Assembly (NCBI GenBank): GCA_965217775.1
Contig: CBDCJH010000002.1
Coordinates: forward strand, 2,720,001 to 2,784,000
Direction of reading: 5' to 3'
Source: Acidobacteriota bacterium
GTDB lineage: Bacteria > Acidobacteriota > UBA6911 > RPQK01 > JAJDTT01
DNA length: 64,000 nucleotides
Shown piece by piece: positions 21,875 to 31,548 of the stretch (positions are counted from its first letter, which is position 1; the number at the start of each line of letters is the position of its first letter). The notes below the pieces were generated by a model, which was not told the DNA's origin, did not search any database, and worked only from the letters and a program-made list of their open reading frames with translations. The position numbers and the translations under genes are program-made.

Positions 21875-23758
21875 ATGAAGGGCCCCATCGACCGCCGTCA
21901 CTTTCTGAAGACGAGTTCCGCGTTGGCCGCCGTCTGGAGCGCTTGCGCCCCAGGCCGGCAAGTTGCGGACCCGGCCGCCCGGGAGTGGCAATCCTACGGT
22001 GGAGACGCAGGAGCGAGCCGCTACTCGCCCCTGGACCAGATCAACCGGGCCAACGTCTCCGAGCTGAAGGTGGCCTGGACCCACCGGACCGGGGATGCCC
22101 TCCAGCGACCGTCCACCACCATCGAGTGCACGCCCATCGTGGTGGACGGCCGCATGTACGTCTCCACGGCCACACTTCAGGTGCACGCGCTGGATGCGGC
22201 CACCGGTCGGAAGCTCTGGAGCTTCGATCCCCACGGCGGGAAGCCGCTGCGGGGGTCCCCCGGGGTCAACCGCGCAGTCACCTACTGGCAGAACCCCGCC
22301 CAGCCTGACGACCGCCGGATCTTCCTGCCGGTCAAGGACATGCTCTTCTCCATCGACGCGGGGACCGGGAAGCTGACGCCCGGATTCGGCCAGGACGGGG
22401 TCATCGACCTGAAACAGGACTTCGACCACGACATGACCGGACTCTCCTTCACCCTGACCAGTCCGGTGGTGGCCTACCAGGACCTGATCATCGTGGGAGG
22501 AGGCGGCGCGGAGGGACCCTACCCGGAGGCGCCGGGCCACATCCGGGGCTACGACGCCGCCACCGGAAAGCGGCGCTGGATCTTCCACACCACGCCTCGC
22601 CCTGGCCAGTTCGGAAACGACACCTGGGAAGGAGACTCGTGGAGGACCACGGGCGGGACCAACAATTGGGGCGGCATGAGCCTGGACCCGGAACGGGGCT
22701 GGGTCTTTGCCTCCATCGGCTCCCCTGCATTCGACTTCTACGGGGGCAATCGCAAGGGGGCCAACCTCTTCGGCAACTGCGTCCTGGCGCTGGACGCCTC
22801 CACCGGGGAACGGCAGTGGCACTTCCAGACCGTCCACCACGACGTCTGGGACTACGACCTTCCGTGCCAGCCGGCCCTCATCAACATGACCCAGGGCGGA
22901 CGGAACTTCGAGGCGGTGGTCCAGCCCACCAAGATGGGGATGATCTTCTTCTTCGATCGGGAGACGGGCAAACCGGTCTTCCCCGTGGAGGAACGGCCCA
23001 TGCCCGCCTCGGACGTTCCGGGCGAGGAGCTCTGGCCGACCCAACCCTTTCCCGTGAAGCCCCCTCCCCTGTGCCGGCAGGGGTTCATGCCGGACCAGAT
23101 CACCGACATCACTCCCGACGCCCACGCCTTCGTCAAGGAGATCTACGACCGCTCCCGTGTCGGGGCACTCTACACTCCGCCCAGCCTCCAGGGGACCATC
23201 ATCCACCCGGGCTTCCGCGGTGGAGCTCTCTGGGGCGGATGCAGCCACGACCCGGTGGCCAACCGGCTCTTCGTGAACACCAGCGAATGGACCAACCGGA
23301 TCACGCTGGCTCCCGCCCGGGAGGACCAACCTTTCGACTACGCCCTTCCCGAACGGGCCCTGTTGCAGGACCCGGAGAAATACCCGGCCATCAAGCCCCC
23401 GTGGGGCTACCTGACGGCCATCGATCTGGACTCGGGGGACTTCGTCTGGCGAGTGGTGGCGGGAGGGATTCCGGAGTTGGAGGCTCGCGGAATCACCGGG
23501 ACGGGGAGCCCCATGCACGGCGGAACCATCGCCACGGCCGGAGGCCTGATCTTCGTGGGAGGAAGTTTCGACAAGAAGTTCCGCGCCTACGACTCCAGCA
23601 ACGGCCAGGTGGTCTGGGAGCATCAGTTGAACGCCGGCGGCTTTGCGACCCCGTCCACTTACGAGGCGGAGGGCCGGCAATATGTGGTCATTGCCGCCGG
23701 GGGCGGCCAGGCCGCTTCCAATTCGGGCGATGAATTCGTGGCCTTCGCGCTGGCGTAA
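21875..23758 (+). CDS. PQQ-dependent (glucose dehydrogenase-like) quinoprotein with Tat signal
   Basis: RRHFLK, YSPLDQINRANV, FQTVHHDVWDYDLP, C-terminal GRQYVVIAAGG. Confidence 0.9.
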   Translation: MKGPIDRRHFLKTSSALAAVWSACAPGRQVADPAAREWQSYGGDAGASRYSPLDQINRANVSELKVAWTHRTGDALQRPSTTIECTPIVVDGRMYVSTATLQVHALDAATGRKLWSFDPHGGKPLRGSPGVNRAVTYWQNPAQPDDRRIFLPVKDMLFSIDAGTGKLTPGFGQDGVIDLKQDFDHDMTGLSFTLTSPVVAYQDLIIVGGGGAEGPYPEAPGHIRGYDAATGKRRWIFHTTPRPGQFGNDTWEGDSWRTTGGTNNWGGMSLDPERGWVFASIGSPAFDFYGGNRKGANLFGNCVLALDASTGERQWHFQTVHHDVWDYDLPCQPALINMTQGGRNFEAVVQPTKMGMIFFFDRETGKPVFPVEERPMPASDVPGEELWPTQPFPVKPPPLCRQGFMPDQITDITPDAHAFVKEIYDRSRVGALYTPPSLQGTIIHPGFRGGALWGGCSHDPVANRLFVNTSEWTNRITLAPAREDQPFDYALPERALLQDPEKYPAIKPPWGYLTAIDLDSGDFVWRVVAGGIPELEARGITGTGSPMHGGTIATAGGLIFVGGSFDKKFRAYDSSNGQVVWEHQLNAGGFATPSTYEAEGRQYVVIAAGGGQAASNSGDEFVAFALA

Positions 23759-24269
23759 GCCGGGTTCCCGGGGCCGGCGCCTCGGAGCCGCCGGCCTGAT
23801 TCTGTTCCTTGGTGTCCTGACCGGGGCGGCGCGCACGGAAGACAAGGCGCCGGAGCCTCAGCCCATCCCCTTCAGCCACAAGGTCCATGTGGCCTCCGGG
23901 TTGCGGTGCGCCTTCTGCCATCCCATCGAGGAACCGGGCTTCACGGCGGGACTGCCCGCCGAGTCCAAGTGCATGGTCTGCCACACCGCCGTCAAGAGCG
24001 ACAGTCCGGACATCCTGAAGCTGGCGAAAGCCGCCAAGTCGGGCGAGACGATCCCCTGGGTGCGAATCTACCGGGTTCCGGACTACGTCTGGTTCTCCCA
24101 TGCGCTGCACGCCGTGGACGCCAAGATCGAATGCGCCGCCTGCCACGGGCCCGTCGCCACGCGGGAGGTGTTGGTTCAGGAGAAGCCGACCTCCATGGAC
24201 TTCTGCATGGAGTGCCACGCGGCCCACAAGGCCTCCAACGGCTGCGACGTGTGCCATGTTCGGCAGTAG
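23730..24269 (+). CDS. Pentaheme cytochrome c3-family protein (ActA-like)
   Basis: PQPIPFSHKVH and five CxxCH motifs (CAFCH, CMVCH, CAACH, CMECH, CDVCH). Start uncertain. Confidence 0.8.
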   Translation: MNSWPSRWRKPGSRGRRLGAAGLILFLGVLTGAARTEDKAPEPQPIPFSHKVHVASGLRCAFCHPIEEPGFTAGLPAESKCMVCHTAVKSDSPDILKLAKAAKSGETIPWVRIYRVPDYVWFSHALHAVDAKIECAACHGPVATREVLVQEKPTSMDFCMECHAAHKASNGCDVCHVRQ

Positions 24270-24699
24270 TTGGGAGTATCCATGTTGCAAGTGGTGGGTG
24301 CTAATCGGTGTTTCCATCCCGTGTCGTTAGTGCGTGATCTGTCCGGTCCAAGAGGCACAGGGTTAGGAGGAGCGTTCTTCCGCCGGAGGTGAGGCGGAGA
24401 TCGAACTGGATCCGCCGGGCGCCGTGCAGGGGGCGATGAGTGGACCGATCAACTGGATCGAGGGGCCTGAGATCGTCGACGTCAGTCCTCCGGGAGGTCC
24501 GGATACGCCCTGGGGAGCGTCGGGTCAAGCCTCCGGCTCCTCCGCTTCGCTGCGCCCCTTCGGGTGACCCGACGCTCCCCAGGGCGTGAAGAGCTTTCAT
24601 GGCCGTAAGCAAGCTTCCGGCCAGACCTGACCGGAAGTTCGACAGACGGCCATCAGGGGGTCCACACGCTCCCTTTCCTCACGGGGTCTCTCCGTGGCC

Positions 24700-25647
24700 T
24701 CAGAAGGTCGCTCGGGGCGCTACGGGCAACCAGGTGCGGTCCTGCCGGACGAGGGTGTTGGCCAGGACGATGAGCTTGCGCATGACGGCGACGAGGGCCA
24801 CCTTGCCGGGCTTGCCGCGCTCTCTCAGCCTCCGGTACACCTCGGCCAAGTCGGGGTTCCAGCGCAGGGCGGACACCGCCGGCATGTACAGGAGCCGTCG
24901 CGCCCGCGCCCGTCCGCCGCGGATGAACGCCCGGCCCTGCCAAGCCCCCGACTCGCGCGGAACGGCGGCCAACCCGGCCAGACTGGCGGCGGCCTTGCCG
25001 CTGAGGGCACCCAGCTCGGGCATCTCGGCCAGCAGACCGGCGGCGGTGGTGGCCGCGATCCCCGGGATGGAGGTGAGGATCTCCAACTTGCGGGCCCGCG
25101 CCTCGTCAGCCGCGATCAGCGTCTGCATTTTGCGGTCGATGGTGCGCACGTGACGCTCGAACATGTTGATCTGGGTCTGGTGCTGCTGTTTCAACACGGG
25201 TTCGCGGAGCTGTTGGCGGCGGTTGAGCGTGGCCGTGCGCTGGCGCATCAGCCCGTCCCGGACCATCTGCAGTTCCTGGAGCCGGCGTTGCGTTTTCGAC
25301 GGCGCCGGGGTCCGGCGCGGATCCAGGCTGGCGGCCAACTGGGCCAGTTTCCGAGCGTCTACGGCGTCGGTCTTGGCACGGCTCCCGGTCGCCTCGGCGA
25401 AGCGCCGCGCCTGCCAGGGGTTCACCTTCGCCAGCGGCAGCTTCGCTTTGGACAGCGCTTCCTCGAGGTCCCGGTGGTAGGGGCCGGTGGCCTCGTAGAC
25501 GACGCACTCGACCGGAGTTCCGATCCAATCGATCAGCGCCCGGAAGCCGGCCGGGTCATTGTCGAACTGGGCGGAATGGCCGTCGGCCAGCCGGTGCGCG
25601 TCCAGGTGCGCTTTCGAGATGTCGATGCCTACGGTATGCTGTTTCAT
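24700..25647 (-). CDS. IS110 family recombinase/transposase
   Basis: VGIDISK, YEATG, KTDAVDA (DEDD), SIPGI, ESG catalytic Ser, VAVMRKL. Confidence 0.95.
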   Translation of the reverse strand: MKQHTVGIDISKAHLDAHRLADGHSAQFDNDPAGFRALIDWIGTPVECVVYEATGPYHRDLEEALSKAKLPLAKVNPWQARRFAEATGSRAKTDAVDARKLAQLAASLDPRRTPAPSKTQRRLQELQMVRDGLMRQRTATLNRRQQLREPVLKQQHQTQINMFERHVRTIDRKMQTLIAADEARARKLEILTSIPGIAATTAAGLLAEMPELGALSGKAAASLAGLAAVPRESGAWQGRAFIRGGRARARRLLYMPAVSALRWNPDLAEVYRRLRERGKPGKVALVAVMRKLIVLANTLVRQDRTWLPVAPRATF

Positions 25648-25654
25648 CTTTCCT

Positions 25655-25813
25655 GTCTCCTGTGCTTGTCATTCGGGCCATGATGCCCTTGTATCCATTC
25701 AGGACATCGGGAAAGACGGTGGCCGACCTCACTCCACATCCGGATCTGACGGTCAGCGGCGACACGGTCCAGCCACCGCCGTCCGGGTCGCTCATGAGCG
25801 ACCCGGACGGCCC
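25655..25813 (-). ncRNA. Predicted IS110 bridge RNA
   Basis: 5' 34-bp perfect hairpin 25778-25811. Target guides GTCGCCGCT (25763-25755) and TGGAG (25736-25732). Donor guides ATGGATACA (25698-25690) and GACAAG (25670-25665). Confidence 0.8.
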
Positions 25814-25827
25814 TATTTAAACAGACA

Positions 25828-25978
25828 AGCGGCGACTTTCTTGTCGCCGAACAGGGGGGCAGGGGGGACGGAGTCCCCACTCTACACATTCCGGCCACGG
25901 AATTGCATAGCAGTAAAAGAAGAGCAGGCGACAAGAAAGTCGCCTGTCCCAATGGGCGGCAAGAAAACCGCCCGTCCC
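25828..25978. repeat. REP cluster
   Basis: GGCGACTTTCTTGTCGCC, GGCGACAAGAAAGTCGCC, GGGCGGCAAGAAAACCGCCC. Confidence 0.8.
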
Positions 25979-26023
25979 AAGGTCACTGACAACACCTCTC
26001 TCAGGTGGCATCATATGGTCCTC

Positions 26024-27871
26024 ATGAAATCCGGTATAAGACCAACATACGCCCTTTTCCTGCTCCCGCTCTTGCTGGCCGCGGCCTGCGTCCCGGCGCC
26101 CGATCCGTCCGACGACAACGACTGGCGCTACTACGGCAAGGACCCGGGCGGGACCAGGTACTCCGCTCTGGCTCAGATCAACCGGACCAACGTCCAGGAA
26201 CTGGAGGTGGCCTGGATCTACCGCATGGGCGAGGTGAAGCGCCCGCACCGGACCATCCCCGACCGGATGCAGGCTCCGTGGGAATGCACGCCTCTGGCAG
26301 TGGATGGAGTCCTCTACCTGTCCACGCCTTCCAACCGGGTCATCGCCCTGGAGGCGGAGACGGGCCGGGAGCTCTGGGAGTTCGACCCGCAGGAAGGCAG
26401 CGGCGACGACCGCTTCTACCTCCAGCATCGGGGCGTCTCGTTCTGGGAGGGAACCGTCGACGGGCAACTTCAGCGGCGGATCCTGATGGGGACGGGAGAC
26501 GCCAAGCTGTTCGCGCTGGATGCGGAGACGGGGCAGTTGATCCCCGGGTTCGGCGAGGACGGATGGGTGGATCTGGACGGGGGCATGACCACGCGCTGGC
26601 CCAAGAGCATCTATACGGTCACCTCTCCGGTGGCCGTCTACAAGAACGTGGTGGTCACGGGCTCGCGGCTCAGCTCCGGCCAGGAGAACCAAGGACCCAG
26701 CGGCAAGGTCCGGGCCTGGGACGTGCTCACGGGCGATCTGGTCTGGGAGTTCCACACCGTTCCCCGACCCGGAGAAGCGGGAAACGAGACCTGGGGGGGA
26801 GACTCCTGGAAGGACCGTTCCGGCGCCAACGCCTGGTCCATCATCAGCGTGGACACGGAGCGGGGCTGGGTCTTCGTCCCCACGGCCTCCCCCCTGGGAG
26901 GCGACCGTGACGGTCAGAACCTGTACGGAAACTCCCTGGTCGTGCTGGACGCCCACACCGGAAAACTCATCTGGTACTACCAGGCCGTCCGCCATGACAC
27001 GTGGGACTACGATCTCCCGGCCCAGCCGGTGCTGGTGACCCTGGAACAGGACGGTCACGTGGTCCCGGCGGTGGCTCAGCCCACCAAGATGGGGATGGTC
27101 TTCGTGCTGGATCGGCTGACCGGCAAGCCCCTGCTCCCGGTGGAGGAGCGCCCGGTGCCCCAGACCGGGGGCGGATACAACTGGCCCACCCAGCCCATTA
27201 CCGTCAAACCGCCGCCGCTGGTTCGGCACAACCTGACCCGGGAGGAGGTGAGCCGGGTCACGCCCGAGTCCTACGAATTCTGTCTGGAGCTCTTCGACTC
27301 GCTCCACTACGAGGGCATCTACACGCCTCGGCAGGAGGGGCCGACCCTCATGCTGCCCGGTTCCCTGGGGGGAGCCAACTGGTCCGGATCCTCCTTCGAT
27401 CCCACGACCGGGATCCTCTACGTGAACGTCACCGAGCTGGGGAACGCCCGCGGCGCGGGCCGCCGATTCTGGCAGGACAACAAATGGCCCTGTCAGGAGC
27501 CCCCGTGGGGGACGCTCAACGCAGTGGACCTGAACCGGGGCGAGATCGTCTGGAAGAGCACCCTCGGCGTGGTGGACGAGCTGATGGAGAAGGGCGTCCC
27601 GCAGACGGGGACCCCGAACCTGGGTGGATCGATCGTCACCGCCGGCGGGCTGGTCTTCATCGGAGGCACCAACGACCAGCGGTTCAGGGCATTCGACTCG
27701 GCCTCCGGCGAGGAGCTCTGGGTGGACCTGCTGGAGGCCAACGCGCACGCCACCCCCATGACCTTCTGGGAAGAGAAGAGCGGCAAGCAGTACGTGGTGA
27801 TCGCCGCGGGGGGAGGCAACGTGTTCAGTGACATCACATCCGACGGGCTGGTGGCCTACGCGTTGCCGTGA
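26024..27871 (+). CDS. Second PQQ-dependent dehydrogenase (lipoprotein)
   Basis: LAAAC lipobox, YSALAQINRTNV, YQAVRHDTWDYDLP; paralogous to 21875-23758. Confidence 0.9.
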   Translation: MKSGIRPTYALFLLPLLLAAACVPAPDPSDDNDWRYYGKDPGGTRYSALAQINRTNVQELEVAWIYRMGEVKRPHRTIPDRMQAPWECTPLAVDGVLYLSTPSNRVIALEAETGRELWEFDPQEGSGDDRFYLQHRGVSFWEGTVDGQLQRRILMGTGDAKLFALDAETGQLIPGFGEDGWVDLDGGMTTRWPKSIYTVTSPVAVYKNVVVTGSRLSSGQENQGPSGKVRAWDVLTGDLVWEFHTVPRPGEAGNETWGGDSWKDRSGANAWSIISVDTERGWVFVPTASPLGGDRDGQNLYGNSLVVLDAHTGKLIWYYQAVRHDTWDYDLPAQPVLVTLEQDGHVVPAVAQPTKMGMVFVLDRLTGKPLLPVEERPVPQTGGGYNWPTQPITVKPPPLVRHNLTREEVSRVTPESYEFCLELFDSLHYEGIYTPRQEGPTLMLPGSLGGANWSGSSFDPTTGILYVNVTELGNARGAGRRFWQDNKWPCQEPPWGTLNAVDLNRGEIVWKSTLGVVDELMEKGVPQTGTPNLGGSIVTAGGLVFIGGTNDQRFRAFDSASGEELWVDLLEANAHATPMTFWEEKSGKQYVVIAAGGGNVFSDITSDGLVAYALP

Positions 27872-27911
27872 CCGGTTGGGCCTGCCGTCCACACCCATTG
27901 CCCCATGCAAA

Positions 27912-27938
27912 GAGGGTACCCACAAGGGGTACCCCTAC
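27912..27938. repeat. Second REP family (GTAGGGG..CCC..TGTGGG..CCC type); also at ~35092, ~38491, ~49164, ~49284
   Basis: gagggtacccacaaggggtacccctac vs gagggcgcccacaaggggcgcccctac vs gtaggggcgccccttgtgggtgccctc. Confidence 0.8.
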
Positions 27939-27983
27939 GCACGGCTACGCACGGCGCGGAGAGTCTCGAAGTGCAGCCGTCGT

Positions 27984-28853
27984 TCACGCCACGCCGCTTT
28001 CGTCTATCGGCTCGGAGGCGACGTAGTTCCAGACGAGGGCCAGATTGAACAGGTAGATGATGGACCGAGAGAGACGTTCCGCATCTGAAAAATCATAGCG
28101 GCGGGCGTGCGCAAAACGGTTTCTGTGGTCGTTCATTGCGCGCAGCACGTAGGCCGCCCTCGGGACTGAACCCATCGGCAGCAGATCTTCATCCCGTAAT
28201 CTGGAGACGAGTTCCGGAAAGGAGTATCGCCCAGATCCTTCCACTCCCAGCATCTGTTGAAGATTCCTCTTGATTTCTTCATGAGTGCTCTCGACAAACT
28301 CACGGGGATACAGGATGGGCTCCATCTCCCTCATCCACACTTTGAAGGAGGGGTCTTTCGATACCTGATAGGCCAACTCCTTGACCATGTTTTCCAGGTT
28401 TTGAAGATTCGTTCGCTCGCTGAGATCGATTTCGCTGTCCGTTCGCGACTCAGAGGGTTGGTAAGCCCCCTCGACCAGCTTTTGGGTTTTCCGAGTCGAC
28501 TTCTCGACATTGTCCACCAGGCTCAGAATCGTTTTTACGCCTTCGTCGAGGTCTTCCAGACGCTTCCGGACCGTGATTTTCTCGCGGGGCGAATCAGCGG
28601 GAGCCGGCGGCGGGAGCCGTTTCGAAGCGGGTTCCCGGAGGTCAAATACGGCGGCATCGCGCTTGAACTCTTTCCTCAACTCGCGATAACTCGGAATCGT
28701 CTTTGGATACACCCAGCGCGTTCGGCCGGGATCCCATCGACGGCCGGGGATTTTCTTGGCTCGCTCTTTCTGACCGGGAGCGATCTTTACTTCGTAGTCC
28801 TCTTCGGTCTCCGTGACTTCGATGGGAAAGAAGCTGCCTCTGGAAAACTGCAT
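27984..28853 (-). CDS. Hypothetical protein: HARP-like N-terminus, coiled coil, C-terminal HEPN-like RxxxxH motif
   Basis: KKIPGRRWDPGRTRWVYP and HRNRFAH. Confidence 0.55.
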   Translation of the reverse strand: MQFSRGSFFPIEVTETEEDYEVKIAPGQKERAKKIPGRRWDPGRTRWVYPKTIPSYRELRKEFKRDAAVFDLREPASKRLPPPAPADSPREKITVRKRLEDLDEGVKTILSLVDNVEKSTRKTQKLVEGAYQPSESRTDSEIDLSERTNLQNLENMVKELAYQVSKDPSFKVWMREMEPILYPREFVESTHEEIKRNLQQMLGVEGSGRYSFPELVSRLRDEDLLPMGSVPRAAYVLRAMNDHRNRFAHARRYDFSDAERLSRSIIYLFNLALVWNYVASEPIDESGVA

Positions 28854-28904
28854 TGTCAGTCAGATGGCCACGACGCCGTTCCCGTACCTCGGCGGCCAAC
28901 CGGT

Positions 28905-29732
28905 TCAGTAGACCTTGGGAACAAACCTCTGGATCCCCATGGGGGGCCGGACGTACCCGCCGTCCTCCTGGCGGGGCGGGAGTTCCAGCTCGGGTGGATC
29001 TTTCTGATTGTATTTGAACCGGCTCAGCAGGTGGGAGATGCAGTTGAGGCGGGCCCGGCGCTTGTCGTCGGCGTTGACCACGTACCAGGGCACTTCGGGT
29101 GCGTCCGTCTTGTCGAACATGGCGTCCTTGGCCTTGGAGTACTCGACCCAGCGCAGCCGCGACTCCAGATCCATGGGACTCAGCTTCCAGCGCTTGCGCG
29201 GATCCTTGATCCGGGCCTGGAAGCGGCGTTCCTGTTCCTCGTCGCTCACCGAGAACCAGTACTTGATGAGATGGATGTGGGAACGGAGCAGCATCCGCTC
29301 GAACCGGGGGCAGGAGTAGAGGAATTCCCAGTACTCCTCTTCGGTGCAGAATCCCATGACCCGCTCGACTCCGGCCCGGTTGTACCAGCTCCGGTCGAAG
29401 AGCACGATCTCTCCGGCGGCCGGGAGATGCGCCACGTAGCGCTGAAAATACCACTGGGTCCGCTCGCGCTCGGTCGGCTTGGCCAGGGCGGCCACGCGGA
29501 CCTGGCGCGGGTTCAGCGTCTGGATGATCCGCTTGATGACGCCCCCCTTGCCGGCCGCGTCCCGGCCCTCGAAGAGGACCACGACCTTGAGACCCTCCCG
29601 CGCCACCCAGTCCTGGAGCTTGGTCAACTCCACCTGCAGCCGCCGGAGCTCCGCTTCGTAGTATTTCCGCTTCAGCCGCCGGGGACCCTTCTTCAATCCG
29701 CCGCTGGAGGTCGACTCCGACTGGACGTCCAT
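28905..29732 (-). CDS. ppk2: Polyphosphate kinase 2
   Basis: FEGRDAAGKGG, QWYFQRY, FDRSWYNRAGVERVMGFC, WKLSPMD. Confidence 0.95.
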   Translation of the reverse strand: MDVQSESTSSGGLKKGPRRLKRKYYEAELRRLQVELTKLQDWVAREGLKVVVLFEGRDAAGKGGVIKRIIQTLNPRQVRVAALAKPTERERTQWYFQRYVAHLPAAGEIVLFDRSWYNRAGVERVMGFCTEEEYWEFLYSCPRFERMLLRSHIHLIKYWFSVSDEEQERRFQARIKDPRKRWKLSPMDLESRLRWVEYSKAKDAMFDKTDAPEVPWYVVNADDKRRARLNCISHLLSRFKYNQKDPPELELPPRQEDGGYVRPPMGIQRFVPKVY

Positions 29733-29760
29733 CCTTTCCTCTTCCAAGAAAAATACCAGT

Positions 29761-31548
29761 TCAGCTCCTCCGTTTGAATACGGGAAGCCAACCCAGAATC
29801 AGAGTCGACAGCAGCGTGACGAAGAAGGAGACCGGCAGCGGCCACATCCAGGAAACGGCCTTCAGCCGAACCAGCAGACGGCGCGACCCCAGCGTCACCA
29901 CGTCATCGGGGGCGATGACGGCGGGTGAACCGGGACGGTCGTTGACGCGGACCTCCGTATCCTCGGTCAGAGTACGAATCGACCAGCCCTCGGGCGTTTT
30001 CTCCACGCCGGCATGCCGCGGGGCCACCCCTTCTCCGGTCAGGATGAAGTGATTGTCCTCGGGACTGGATCCGATGGTGTTGGGCGTCTCGGGTAGAGGC
30101 TCCCACCGCGTCGGCTCCTGTCCCTGCTCCAGGACGTAGAGGAAGATGTCCGGGTGGTCCTGGAACCAGTGTCCCAGTGACAAATAGAACCCGGTCGACA
30201 GGCCCAGGAAGGCCGCCAGCACCATGGCGGCGCCGCTGGCCCGGAATTTGAGGAAGGCGGCCACGAACATGCCTCCCAGGGTTCCGATGACATAGGCGAT
30301 GATCCGGGTCGTCAGGTCGAAGATATTGCCCCGGGAGCCTTCGGGAATCGTGTTGAGGAAGAGGCAGAAGAGGACAGCGTAGATGCCGGCCCCCAAGGTG
30401 AACAGCCGGGCCAACCTGAGTTGGCTGGTCTGGGAGAGCGGGTCTTTTCGGAAACGCCCCACGAAGTCGACGGTCAGGACGGTGGCGACTCCGTGCATGC
30501 TGGAATCCAGCGCGGCCATGGCGGTGGAGAAGAGGGCCGCCACCACCAGGCCGGCCAGGCCTCGCGGCAGGATGTGGGCGATGAAGTGGGGGAAGACCTC
30601 GTCGGGCGTCCCCGGTAGCTGGGCCTTGTAGTAGGAGTAGAGGGCGATTCCGCCCAGGCCCAGGAGGATGCCCACGCTCACGTCGGCGGCCTGGTTGGCC
30701 AATATGGAACGGCGGGCCGCGCGGAGCGATCCCGTGGCCAGGTAACGCTGCACCATGAGCTGATCCGAGCCGCAGGTGGAGACCCACCAGACGAAGGCGT
30801 AGATGGCCATCCCCAGCACGCTGACCCGGACGTAGGGGTCGAGGCGGAAGAAGGGCTGGGGCTCGTGGTCCGCCGCCAGAATGTCCTGAAGCCAGGTGAT
30901 GGGCCCGGTCCCGGTGTCGTAGAAGACGTAGCCGATGGTGAAGAGGAGGCCGCCGAAGAGGATGATGAACTGCACCAGGTCGGTCCACATGACGGCCCGC
31001 ATGCCGCCGAGGACCGTGTAGACGACGGCGATGACGCCGACGCCCAACACCACCCAGGTGAAGGGCAGGTCGGCCATCTTGGACATGGCGATGGCGGCGG
31101 TGTAGACGATCATCCCCATCATGGAGAGCCGGATCAGCAGGAACAGGGTCGACCCGAACATCCGCGCGCCGAGGCCGTATTTCTCCTCCAGGTACTCGTA
31201 GGCGCTGGTCAGCCGCTTGCGCATGAAGAAGGGGACGAGGATCAGGACGGCCACCGCCACGCTGAAGGGGACGTGCATCTGCCGGCCCCAGACCCCGATG
31301 CCGTTCTTGATGAACTCGCCGGGTTCCGAGAGATAGGCGATGGTGGAGAGCAGCGAGGCATACATGCTCAGCCCCACCACGAACCAGGGCATCTTGCGGC
31401 CGGCCAGGAAGTATTCGTCGGCCGATTTCTGCCGCTTGCTGAAGTAGTAGCCCAGGAGCAGGACGCACGCGAAGTAGACGGCGACCACCACGTAGTCGAC
31501 GGCTTGCAAACCGTCGTAGCGGTCGACGCGCACCGGGGTTGTGGCCAA
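29761..31548 (-). CDS. Sodium:solute symporter with an FHA-like insertion near the C-terminus
   Basis: EYFLAGRKMPW, SAYEYLE, GGMRAVMWTD, DQLMVQRYL; insert NTIGSSPEDNHFIL...VAPRHA...VRVND. Confidence 0.85.
   Translation of the reverse strand: MATTPVRVDRYDGLQAVDYVVVAVYFACVLLLGYYFSKRQKSADEYFLAGRKMPWFVVGLSMYASLLSTIAYLSEPGEFIKNGIGVWGRQMHVPFSVAVAVLILVPFFMRKRLTSAYEYLEEKYGLGARMFGSTLFLLIRLSMMGMIVYTAAIAMSKMADLPFTWVVLGVGVIAVVYTVLGGMRAVMWTDLVQFIILFGGLLFTIGYVFYDTGTGPITWLQDILAADHEPQPFFRLDPYVRVSVLGMAIYAFVWWVSTCGSDQLMVQRYLATGSLRAARRSILANQAADVSVGILLGLGGIALYSYYKAQLPGTPDEVFPHFIAHILPRGLAGLVVAALFSTAMAALDSSMHGVATVLTVDFVGRFRKDPLSQTSQLRLARLFTLGAGIYAVLFCLFLNTIPEGSRGNIFDLTTRIIAYVIGTLGGMFVAAFLKFRASGAAMVLAAFLGLSTGFYLSLGHWFQDHPDIFLYVLEQGQEPTRWEPLPETPNTIGSSPEDNHFILTGEGVAPRHAGVEKTPEGWSIRTLTEDTEVRVNDRPGSPAVIAPDDVVTLGSRRLLVRLKAVSWMWPLPVSFFVTLLSTLILGWLPVFKRRS

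Larger units (their letters stand above)
24275..25829 (-). mobile_element. IS110 family insertion sequence inserted in a REP
   Basis: AG (CT on the element strand) core at 24275-24276 and 25828-25829. Removing the element restores GGGAGCGGCGACTTTCTTGTCGCC. Confidence 0.88.
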
